64,000 nucleotides of DNA from Octopus sinensis (taxonomy: Eukaryota). Within the stretch, counting starts at the first letter, position 1, and each line of letters begins with the position of its first letter. Both the position numbers and the translations under genes were made by a program. Positions 11,664 to 22,082 of this stretch are shown in pieces. Location: the NCBI RefSeq assembly GCF_006345805.1, contig NC_042997.1, positions 212,412,001 to 212,476,000 of the forward strand, in the 5' to 3' direction. Under the pieces are notes generated by a model. The model did no database searches. It saw only the letters and a list, made by a program, of their open reading frames with translations, and was not told where the DNA came from.

Positions 11664-14394
11664 TTATCAGGTCATTAAGAATGAAATGTTCACTTTTGAA
11701 CTGTAAGTTTATTTTACTTTATCTCAAAAAATGCAATGCAGCTAATCAAAGTATGCACCTAAATTATCAACACAATTTTGCCATTTTATTGGAAGCTTAT
11801 TTATGCCGGCATCAAAGAATTCTGGAGAGCAAGAGGTGATGAAATCACAAAAGGCTGTTTTTACATCTTCTTCAGATTTTAAGTTTTTTCCAATGCAAAA
11901 AAGTTGTCTAATGCCTGGAAAATGTGATAGTCAGTTGGTGCAAGGTCTGGTGAATATGGTGGATGACAGAGTACTTCCAAGTTCCATTCCTGTAACTTGA
12001 GTAGTGTTCTTTGTGCAACATGTGGTCAAGTATTTTCTGGCAAGAGAATTGGCCTGTCTCTTTTGTCCAATCTCAGTTGTTTAATTGCAAGTTCACCCAT
12101 CATTTCATCCAGTTGGTTGATGTATACATCATCATCATCGTTTAACATCTGCTTTCCATGCTAGCATGGTTTGGATGATTTGACTGAAGTCTGGCGAACC
12201 AGATGGCTGCACCAGGCTCCAAACTGATCTGGCAGAGTTTCTACAGCCAACCACTCCGAGAGTGTAGTGGGTGCTTTTATATGCTACCGGCATGAGGGCC
12301 AGTCAGGTGGTACTCGCAATGGCCATGCTCAAATGGTGTTTTTTACGTGCCACCTGCACAGGAGCCAGTCCAGCGGCACTGGCAACGACCTCTCTTGAAT
12401 GTTTGTTCACGTGCCATGAGCACAAGTACCAGTAAGGTGATGTAGGTAACAATCATGCTCAAATGGTGCTTTTTGCATGCCACCGGCACGGAAGCCAGTT
12501 TGTTGCTCTGGCAACGATTGCACTCGGATAGTGCTCTTAATGCTTCACTTGCACGGATGCCAGTCATCGAATTTGATTTCAATTTCACTTGCCTCAACAG
12601 GTCTTTGCAAACAGAGTTGAGTGTCCAATGAAGGTAAGGTACACATAAATGGACTGGTTACACACCTGGCATAGACCACAAGGTTATGGTCTCATTTGGC
12701 TTGCCAAGTCTTCTCAAGCACAGCATATTTCCAAAGGTCCAGGTCACTAGTCATTGCCTCGGTGAAGCCCAATGTTTGAAGGTCATGCTTCACCACCTCA
12801 TCCCGGGTCTTCTTGAGTCTACCTCTTCTACAGGTTCCCTCAACCGCTAGGGTGTGGCACTTTTTCTCACAGCTATCCACATCTATTCTCGCGACATGGC
12901 CATACCAACGCAAACGTCTCTCTTGCACACCACGTCTGATGCTTCTTAGGTCCAACATTTCTCTCAAGGCACTAACACTCTGTAGAGTGTCAAGTATGCA
13001 CACTGACATTACACATGTCCTCAGCAATCACAGCCCATGTTTCACTGCCATGTAGCATGGCTCTTCATACACATGTCATACAGTCTACCTTTTACTCTGA
13101 GCGAGAGGCCTTTTGTCACCAGTAGAGGTAAGAGCTCTCTGAACTTTGCCCAGGCTATTCTTACTCTAGCAGTTACACTTTCAGCACACCCACCCCCGCT
13201 ACTGACTTGGTCACCTCGGTAACAGAAGCTATCAACTACTTCTAGTTTTTCTCCTTGGAATGTGGCGGAAGTTGTTCTCTGCACATTTTCAGTGTTATTC
13301 ATTGCTCCTGAACATCTGCCACATACAAAAACTATCCTCCCAGTTAGCCTTCCTTTGATATTGCTGCAACTCTTGTGTCCATAGCTTACACTTTGTACAT
13401 CTTATAGAGTTTCTACCTACGCCTTTTCTACAGATCGAGCAGGGCCTTCTACCTGAAGGGATTTGTGGTTTGCCTGCCTTCCTACTTATTAGGACTTTGG
13501 TTTTAACTAGGTTGACTCTAATCCTTGTTTCCACACTTGAAACTTCTCCTCTAGTTCTGATAGTGACTCATGCATCTGCTGTAATTGACTTATTAGGCCC
13601 CATGAAGCTGTAGTGGATGACACCCGTGCTGGACCACCAAACAGACACCATTAGCATCTTTTTGGTGAATATTCCTTTTTGGATTGTGTTTTGGCACTTC
13701 GTTTCTATCCAACCTTTGTGCAAAACACTTGCTGTTGTTGAAAAGAATCCAGTTTTTCATGACATGTAACAATACGATGCAAAAGTGGTTTGTTTTTATG
13801 CCAGGACAGCAAAGAACAGCAAGTTTCATGATGACGTGTCATTAGATGCTTGTTCACTTCATGTGTTAGCCACTTGTCTAGCTCCTTTACCTTGTTGATT
13901 TGTTTCAGATGGTCCAATAGAGCTGGAATCGAAACATCAAACCTTGCTGCTAACTCACGCATAGTTTGAGATGTATTCACTTCCCCTACAGTTTCCAGCC
14001 CATTTTGGTCTTAGGTCTATCACAGAGCTGATTTTCAAGAGTAAAGTCACCAGACCGGAACTCCTCAAACCATCAACATACAGTGTGCTTATTCATCACA
14101 TTTTCACCAAACACCTCATTGATCTTTCGAGCTGTCTGGGATGCATTAGTTCTACGATGGAACTCATATTCATAAACAGCACAAAATTTTTTATCTAGCC
14201 ATGGAGTCACGAAAATTGATTTACGAGAGAAAATTCACAATATAACCAGACACCGTGAATTGCATTTTGAAAAATGATGATTTAACTTTTCAATGTTGTA
14301 AAACAAAGAATTGTCAGGATAAAACATTAGAGTTAGCTACTGTCAAACTTGGTACTTAAGAAAATCAGACATTTAATTCTTAATGAGTTGATAA
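11664..14394 (-). mobile_element. Tc1/mariner DNA transposon remnant with both TIRs, interrupted by an RTE insertion
   Basis: TIRs ttatcaggtcattaagaatgaaatgt (11664-11689) and acatttaattcttaatgagttgataa (14369-14394), 23/26 match; transposase pieces KELDKW..HE..LLHRIVTCHEK (13705-13980) and HPPYSPDL (reverse complement of caaggtctggtgaatatggtggatg ~11941-11965). Confidence 0.9.
12128..13570 (-). mobile_element. 5'-truncated RTE LINE (RT C-terminus, 3'UTR, (GAT)n tail) nested in the mariner
   Basis: ORFs 13042-13302 EKLEVVDSFCY.GD..ARVRIAWAKFRELLPLL and 12692-13027 RRLRWYGHVAR..EGTCRRGR..KHDLQTLG; tail gttaaacgatgatgatg. Confidence 0.92.
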
Positions 14395-14639
14395 TCAAAT
14401 TCAAGAATGGGAAAATTAAATTCGAACCTAAATTTAAGACAGGATAAAAGTTTTGGAGACATATCCTATATATTTATACATATATCCATGTATTATGATG
14501 TTAAGATCATAACTTAATTTTTTTTTTTTTTTCTGGATCCCCTGGAATGTAAATAAACACCCTGCTGCTGCTGTTGTTGTTGTTGTAAAGGTTGCAAGCT
14601 GGTAGAATCACTAGCAAATTGAACAAAATGCTATAGTAA

Positions 14640-14830
14640 TAATAATAATAATGATGATGATGATAATAATATAGAAAAATACCTTAGGAATGAGAACCCA
14701 GGTTTGAAATTTCCCCAGGATACCTGAAGAAGGCTGGAGGGTATATCAGCTGAAACGCTGTGTTAACAACAAACAAGATGAGGACAAATATCCATCAAAT
14801 CTAAATAATGTACATAATTCCTCATCTCTT
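14640..14830 (+). mobile_element. Penelope-pLTR-like tail of the tRNA-headed element family, with degenerate hammerhead motif (14720-14763)
   Basis: (AAT)n then ttaggaatgagaacccagg..ATAC-CTGAAGA-A-GGCTG-loop-CAGCT-GAAA-CGCT-GTGT; reverse-complement homolog at 33681-33830. Confidence 0.7.
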
Positions 14831-15316
14831 AAATATAGAAATGAATTTTCTATACATGTTTTGTTTAATGAACAATTCTCTTAGCTTTCACTTCCACTCA
14901 ATATTTTCTTGTTAAACTAATCATTATTTCAGACTTTCATGACAAAACTCATCTTTCTCTTCTCATTTCTTTAAAATTTTCTTTCAATTCCAAAATTTTG
15001 GTTGATAAACAAAAGGAAATTAATTTTCCAATGGAGTGGCAAATTGTATCAATAAATATAAATTCTCTGGTAATATTTGTAATAAATTTACAATGAATCT
15101 AACATTTAACACAAGAACTGTTGTCTTTCATGTGGAAAGCATCTCTCAATCGTGTCTTCTCTCGGCAATTCATATTTGCAGTAAAAACATCGTTAATAAA
15201 GAAAGCACAATCCAATTAAGCCAATCTGTCAAAATGTGGAAACTTTTTCTCAGAAATGATATCGGCATAAATTTTGGTTATAATTGCAGTGACAATCACA
15301 ATCTTTCAATAAGGAA

Positions 15317-16070
15317 ATCATCATCATCAGCAGCAGCAGTAGCAGCATCGATTAACGTCTGTTTTCCCTGCTGGCATGGGTTGGATGGTTTGACTGAAGT
15401 CTGGAGAGCCAGCAGCTGCACCAGGCTCCAGTCTGGCCTGGCAGAGTTTCTACAGTTGGATGCCCTTCCTAATGCCGACTACTCCGAGAGTGTAGTGGGT
15501 ACTATTTACGTTCCACCAGCACAGGAGCCAGTCAGGGGCTACTGGCATCAGCCACATTCAGATGGTACTTTTTCCATGCCATCAGCCAGGGCTGGACGTG
15601 CATGGCTGCGATCTCACTTTAGTTGCCGAGTCTTCTCAATCACAGCGTATCTCCAAAGGTCCCAGCCTCCAGTCATTGCCTCTGTGAAGCCCAATGTTCG
15701 AAGGTCATGATTCACCACTTCATCCCATGTCTTCCTGGGTCTACTTCTTCCACAGGTTCCCTCAACCACTAGGGTGTGACACTTTTTCACACAGCTGTCC
15801 TCATCCATTCATACCACATGGCCAGACCAGCGCAGTCATCTCTTTTGCTCACCACATCTCATGCTTCATATGTCCAACTTTTCTCTCAGTGCACTTACAC
15901 TCTGTCGTGTATACACACTGTCATTACACATCCAGCAGATCATACTGGCTTCATTTCTTTCAACCCTACACATGTCCCCAGCATTCATGGCCCATGTTTC
16001 ACTGCCATGTAGCATGGCAGTTCGCACACATGCATCATACAGTCTACTTTTCACCCTGAGCGAGAGGGTG
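15317..16070 (-). mobile_element. 5'-truncated RTE LINE
   Basis: ORFs 15866-16087 and 15614-15808 (SRLYDACVRTAMLHGSETW; MDEDSCVKKCHTL..TWDEVV) plus shared 3'UTR. Confidence 0.9.
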
Positions 16071-16551
16071 AAATGAAAATACACCAAATTTAAATTGCTC
16101 TGATACCATAAAAAGACTGACAGATTGTAATTTTCTTCTGATTCTTTGAGAGAGGACTCCCGTATCGAAAACAGAGAACAAAGTAAATTCTTTCAGGGAT
16201 GTCCATGTTTTCTTTAGCTTGACATCTGTGTTTTATGTGTTTTGATAAATGGAATGACCTGCTGGTGGTTGACCAATCCATAGGTGCTTGTATACTTAAT
16301 CCTCAGGGAGACTCAGCATGGCACTGGACCACAAAGCTAGACCTTCAACAGATTCTGTCATAATGAAGTGGTTGGGTCAAGTCCATACTAGAGGATAATG
16401 TGTTCTTTCATTGAAGCAAACCTTGTCCCTCTACCCTCATTTATGAACCTATAACTTCCTCCAACAGCCATCAACTCACCATCTAAGTCATTCTTACCAT
16501 ATAGCCAAGCTATGATAGTATCTTTTATATCTATATATATATATATATAAT

Positions 16552-16850
16552 GTGGAGGCGCAATGGCCTAGTGGTTAGGGCAGCGGACTCGCGGTCGTAG
16601 GATCGCGGTTTCGATTCCTAGACCGGGCGTTGTGAGTGTTTATTGAGCAAAAACACCTAAAAGCTCCACGAGGCTCCGGCAGGGGGTGGTGATCCCTGCT
16701 GTACTCTTTCACCACAACTTTCTCTCACTCTTTCTTCTATTGGCCTGCTCGCTTAGCCAGTGGGGTGGCGTCAGTTGAAGGCTAAAACAATGTGAACGCA
16801 TTGTGACCAGCAATGTGTAACTACATCTGATAGCCTGGTCGGTCACGGTG
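16552..16850 (+). mobile_element. tRNA-derived SINE family D, CpG-rich (young-looking), between (TA)n tracts
   Basis: A-box-like tggcctagtgg and B-box-like ggtttcgattcc, followed by ~230 nt of non-tRNA body. Confidence 0.8.
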
Positions 16851-17014
16851 ATATATATATATATAATATGTGATAATTAGTTGGTTGTCATAATAAAACT
16901 AATTGTCACATATTATATTTATAGATAAATTCCTCTATTTACATAATAGCGATATCTCATTCATTCTTTTGTTGTCATATTATTATTATTATTATTATTA
17001 ATATATATATATAT

Positions 17015-17278
17015 ATATATATATAATAAATATTAGGGAATAAATCCAAATTTACAGGGAAAAAATCAGATTTAGGATTAAATCCAATTTTATAGTAAAA
17101 TATTATATAATATTAATTCATAAATTAAAACAGATTAGGAGATCGAAAATCCACCTGACGAATGTCATTGAAGACATAAAACGATTGTAGTGGCGGTTTA
17201 TTTCTTTATATTAAAAATTTTTATGTATTGATTAAGTTTTTCCTTGTTTGTTTTGCAAAATGGTGGTTTTGTCTCGAA

Positions 17279-17285
<7 letters not shown>
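17015..17285 (+). mobile_element. Penelope-like 3' end/pLTR with degenerate hammerhead (17151-17193)
   Basis: Frame ending ..KSDLGLNPIL*; CCAC-CTGACGA-ATGTC-loop-GACAT-AAAA-CGATTG-TA-GTGG; flanked by (TA)n on both sides. Confidence 0.65.
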
Positions 17286-17325
<40 letters not shown>

Positions 17326-18532
17326 GCCTTGCAGAGTTTGTAAATAGTGTAGTGGATAGGGTTGATGGAGATGATGTCACTAAAGTGATGTTACTGGGCT
17401 TTTAGAATTGTGGTATTTGAAATGAAAATTATTTGGAAATCTCACAAACAATTTTAAGGGTTTACAGAGCATCTTAGGGAAAATATTGTGGAGGTTTTTG
17501 AAAGGAGTGAAGAGGGGCTAGAAGGATCAAAGTGATTGCCATACTGGAGCATGGAAACTATGAGTTATGAATGAAGCCTCTGTTGCAACCAGTTATATAA
17601 TGGGGTTTATAATGGAACTAGGATATTTATATTAACCAGTTATATAATGGGATTTTTTTTCTGAGTTCAAATTCCACTGAAGTCAACATTGTCTTTCATC
17701 CTTTTGATATTGATAAAATAAGTACCAGCTGTGTACTGGGGGTTAATGTAATTGACTTACCCTTACCCTGAAATTGCTGACCTCAGGCCAAAATATGAAA
17801 CCACTTTAAGGGTTATCTTCTGTGCTATTTCATACATTCACTGCTAGATTCCACTATATTCTCACCTTTTATCAAGGTGTAGGTTGAAGTCAAAGAGGGA
17901 GACCTCTCAGTGGTTGCTTGACCTGCTAGAAATATCAATCAAATCTTCTTCAAATCACAGTCTACAACTGTGAAAGGCAAAATACAATGGCTAATAATGT
18001 AGTGTTACATTATTAACAAGTTGTTTGTAATACTGGACAGTCATGGTTGGAATGCCTTTGATTATCAGTCAGTCTGATCAGCCACCAGCATGATCTTGTT
18101 ACCATTCCTTCTCTCTATCTGTTTCATCCATTCTTCATTTCCACAAGAATTCTTATAACTTCCATTTCAATTCTTTTGTTTGGTTTTGCTAAAACTGAAC
18201 TGCAAAAAAAAAACCCCTGCAGACTTGGTTCATATCTTCTCTTCATTAATTAATAATATTCATTATATCAGCTGCTTGCTAGCATCCATAGTGGTGGCCA
18301 CTGTTCTGGATTAAAGTAAATGCTGTAAATTAAAACCTCTCCCTTAATCTCAAAGATAAGTTTGGAGATTTTCTTAGAATTATATTTTCAGTTGAAGTCT
18401 GACACCACTTCATTTGATAGCAAAATGATAACTGTTCAAAGAAAATATGTTAAATGAATAAATATATTTCTTAAACATTTTACATTATGTGATGTGTGTG
18501 GGTGTAGAGGGAGATGCACACGTTTATAAACA

Positions 18533-19220
18533 TACTGGCAGCATAGCCCGGCGTTGCCTGGTTAGTTTGACATTTAATGTAAACTTGATGTCCAACATCG
18601 GTGTAGGGAAAATCTATGTGAACTTTCAAAAAATATCGCAGAAAAATCGGTTTGATATGTATGCCACATATGATGTAATTAACCGATTTTTTCCAGTAAT
18701 AACATATCCTATTGGAATCAAAAGGGCCATATAGTTCCTTGGAGTAGACATGATGCTCGCTGTGAATTTAAAAAAAAATTCCTGCCAATTTGTTAAAGAT
18801 ATTGTCAAAAATATGTCATCTTGAATTTGAACGTGATTTCCCAAAATGGCATGATTTTATCGATTTTTTCTGATGGTAAGGTATTGCATGGAAAACTAAC
18901 GTCAGAATTAAGTTCCTTAGGGTAACATTAAGCTTTACCATGAGTTTGGTGAAAATCGATTGCAAGTTGTGAAAACTATAACGGAAAATGTGTTGCATAT
19001 GATAAGCTTAGATTCTCAACCCCATGTCGAATTTATCGATTTTTTTCAGAACTGGGGGAACTTTTCAAAATTTTCGCTGCATTAGTTTTGAATTATGACA
19101 TTGGGCTATGTGTGTGTCAAGTTTCATCAGAATCGTTTGAAAGCCGTGGTCAGGGTGAGGGTACAACCTGACAGACACACAGACAGACAAACTGCCTTTT
19201 ATATATAGAGAGAAGAGATA
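18533..19220 (+). mobile_element. Non-autonomous Helitron/Helentron-like (DINE-1/HINE-like) element
   Basis: 5' tactggcagcatagcccggcgttgcc; internal repeated gagtttggtgaaaatcg/aagtttcatcagaatcg motifs; 3' acagacagacaaactgccttttatatatagag..agat, an architecture recalled for such elements. Confidence 0.55.
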
Positions 19221-19222
19221 TA

Positions 19223-20062
19223 GTTGCCATAGTAACAAAGCTAACACACACAGTGAAGCTGCTTGGCAAAGATTGACCATGAACTCTGCTGTACATGTGC
19301 ACTAATTTTTAATATTCTAGCTCACTTCCACTGTTTACAGCAGTGCTTGGAAGGAAGGTGTGTAGCGTGTGATTGTCACATTGACCATGACAGAGAAAGT
19401 TTTCATGGTGATACCTTACCTGCTCAGAGGCTTGTGCAAAGTTACAGAAAGTGTATGGAGAGGTGTGTATGAGCCGTACACAAGTGTATGAGTGGTTCAG
19501 ACGTTTCTAAGATGGTTGAAAAAATGTTGATATTTCCAAACATTCTGGGAGACCCGCAACCAGCAGAACTAAGAAAAATATTGCAGATGTGCATGCAGCT
19601 GTGAGGGAAAAGCATCTAATCACCATCCGTGAGTTATCAGAAGATGTGCAGATTAGTTACGGTTCAGTTCAGTCGATTATCACTGAAGATTTGGGTGTGA
19701 GACGCATGTCTGCCAAGTTTGTGCCAAAACTGCTTTCAGGTGATCAAAAAGACAATCGGGTTTCAGTTGCACAAGATCTCCTTGACTGTCGAGAATGATG
19801 GAAACTTTTTGAAAACTTTGTGTAGGCCTCTGAGCAGGTATCTCCAAGCTTCTGGCAAAATCCAATGCAGATTCTCTGCTCAACTTGCTCTTTCATGGTC
19901 AATGCAGTGATCACACGCTACACACCTTCCTTCCAAGCACTGCTGTAAACAATGGAAATGAGCTAGAACGTTAAAACTTAGTGTGCATGCACCACAGTGG
20001 TTAAGGTCAATTGGTGCCAAGAGGCTTCACTCTGCATGCTTTAGCTTCGTTACTATGACAAC
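19223..20062 (+). mobile_element. Mariner derivative: 5' half of the transposase followed by an inverted copy of its own 5' end
   Basis: Plus frames SRTQVYEWFRRF..ITIRELSEDVQISYGSVQSIITEDLG..SAKFVPKLLS; ~19815-20062 is the reverse complement of ~19223-19450. Confidence 0.88.
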
Positions 20063-20120
20063 AATCCAAATACTCACTAATCAGACAACACAACACACAT
20101 ATATAAACGTATATTTTATC

Positions 20121-20448
20121 TGTTACTTGTTTCAGTCATCAGGCTGTGGCCATGCTGGGGCACTGCCTTGAGGAAATCTAGTCTAAGTAATCGACCCCTT
20201 TTGCTGAACTGCGAAGTTATAGGGATGTAAACATATCAACACCAGTTGTCAAGGGGACAGCAAAGACACACACTCACCCATAAATATGTACGATGGGCTT
20301 CTTATAGTTTCCATTTGTCAAATCCACTCACAAGGCTTTATTGGCTTGACACTTGAGTAGATAACAATTGCTCAAGGTGACATGCAGTGGTAGTGAATCC
20401 AGAACAAAGTGGTTAGGAACCAAATTTTTTTACCATACAGCCATACCT
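20121..20448 (-). mobile_element. SINE family B
   Basis: Reverse complement of the family B consensus seen elsewhere in the window. Confidence 0.8.
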
Positions 20449-20473
20449 GCACCTATGACCATACTTGCACACA

Positions 20474-21470
20474 CATCATCATCATCATTTAACATCCATT
20501 GTCCAAGCTGGCATGGGTTGATCAGTTTGGCCAGTGCTGGAAAGCTGGAAGGCTGCACCAGACTCCAGTCTGATTTGGCATGATTTTCTACAGCTGGATG
20601 CCCTTCCTAATGCCAACCACTGTGAGAGTCTAGTGGGTGCTTTTACATTTCACTGGCACAGGTGCCATTTGTGTGACACCTGTATCTGCTATGACTGACT
20701 GATTTTACTTGGCTTAATGGGACTTATTTTCAAGTATGACATAATGCCAAAGGTCTCAGTCATTGCTTCCTGGAGGCCCAACACTCAAAAGGTGCTTTAC
20801 ATGTGCCACTGGCATCAGCCATCTTGCCCCCATGAGGTCCAATGCTCGAAAGATGCTTTTTACATGCCACAGGCATGGGTGCTAGTTATATAGCACCAGC
20901 ATCGGCCATGACTACAATTTCACTTGGCTTGCTGGGTCTTCTCAAGCACTGCATATCACCAAAGGTCTCAGTCACTAGTCATTGCCTCTGTGAGGCTCAA
21001 AGTTCAAAGATCATGCTTCACCATATCGTCCCATGTCTTCCTGGGTTTACTTCTACCACAGGTTCCCTCCACAGATAAAGGTTGGCACTTCTTTACTCAG
21101 CTGTCCTCGTCCATTCATATCATATGACCATAGCAGTGCAGTTGTCTCTCTTGCACACCACATCTGATTCCTCTTATGCCCGACTTCTCTCTCAAGATGC
21201 TTACACTGTCAAACATGGGCACTGACAGTGCACATCCAGCGAAGCATACTGGCTTCATTTCTTTCAAGCCTATGCATATCCTTGGCTGTCATAGCCCATG
21301 TTTCACTGCCATGTAACATAGCTGGTTGCACACAGTTATCATACAATCTGCCTTTCACTCTGAGGGAGAGGCCCTTTGTTGCCAGCAGGGGTAGGAGCTC
21401 TCTGAACTTTACCTAGCCTATACTTATTTTCACAGCTACACTCTCAGAGCATCTACCTCCAAATATATAT
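20474..21470 (-). mobile_element. 5'-truncated RTE LINE
   Basis: (CAT)n tail, shared 3'UTR and RT C-terminal remnant homologous to 12128-13570. Confidence 0.88.
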
Positions 21471-21690
21471 ATATAGATATATATATATATGTAAATGGAT
21501 GAATGAATTATCCTTTGTTTACCATTAACATGGAAAATTTAATAAACAGTTACCAGGGTAGCAAAATTCACACAAGTAACAAGGATGTAGCGACCTATTC
21601 AAAGGCAGAAACACTGGGTTAATGTGCAGTTATTTGTGTAGTATAAGTAAATAAATGGAGTTGAACACAGATGCTATTCAAATTCTTTTA

Positions 21691-21772
21691 ATTTGACATA
21701 TGTTTCGAAGACAACATTGGTTTTATTCCAAAGGAATAAACGGTGTGAAATGCAATCTTCTCATCAGGAAAG
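21691..21772 (-). ncRNA. Type I hammerhead ribozyme motif, antisense copy with weakened stem I
   Basis: CTTTC-CTGATGA-GAAGA..TCTTC-GAAA-CATATG-TC-AAATT; core intact, the G that opens stem I is missing. Confidence 0.6.
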
Positions 21773-21896
21773 AAAGAGAGCCTATCTCAACAACAAGACA
21801 TTATAACAATTTCGATGACTGCATAAATGATAAATAGAACGTTATTGCAGTCATCAAAATTGTTATAATGTCTTGTTGTTGAGATAGGCTCTCTTT

Positions 21897-21979
21897 CTTT
21901 CCTGATGAGAAGATTGCATTTCACACCGTTTATTCCTTTGGAATAAAACCAATGTTGCCTTCGAAACATATGTCGAAAG
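21897..21979 (+). ncRNA. Type I hammerhead ribozyme, canonical core, predicted cleavage after C21974
   Basis: Stem I CTTTC(21897-901)/GAAAG(21975-79); core CTGATGA(21902-08); stem II GAAG/CTTC enclosing TTTATTCC-ttt-GGAATAAA; GAAA(21963-66); palindromic stem III ACATATGT; GUC triplet. Confidence 0.85.
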
Positions 21980-22082
21980 TAAAAGAATTTGAATAGTATC
22001 TGCGTTCAACTCCATATAGATAGATATGTATGTATGTATGTATGTATGTAGCACGCACTCTTGAGGACATGCAATGAATTCT

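Larger units (their letters stand above)
21490..22015. mobile_element. Penelope-like pLTR pair in inverted orientation (arms 21655-21823 and 21846-22015), each arm with a hammerhead motif
   Basis: Arms differ at ~6 of ~170 positions, 22-nt spacer; embedded between (TA)n and (TAGA/TATG)n; segment 21490-21690 has a diverged homolog at 38913-39120. Confidence 0.8.

Noticed and set aside
15036-15710. 224-aa ORF, one of the longest in the track
   Set aside because: It is a chance fusion of AT-rich sequence with the antisense strand of an RTE 3'UTR; no protein motifs or supporting splice structure.
16552-16630. tRNA gene (also heads at 24728, 33843 and 34111)
   Set aside because: A and B boxes are present, but the acceptor stem does not close and the sequence continues into a repeated SINE body.
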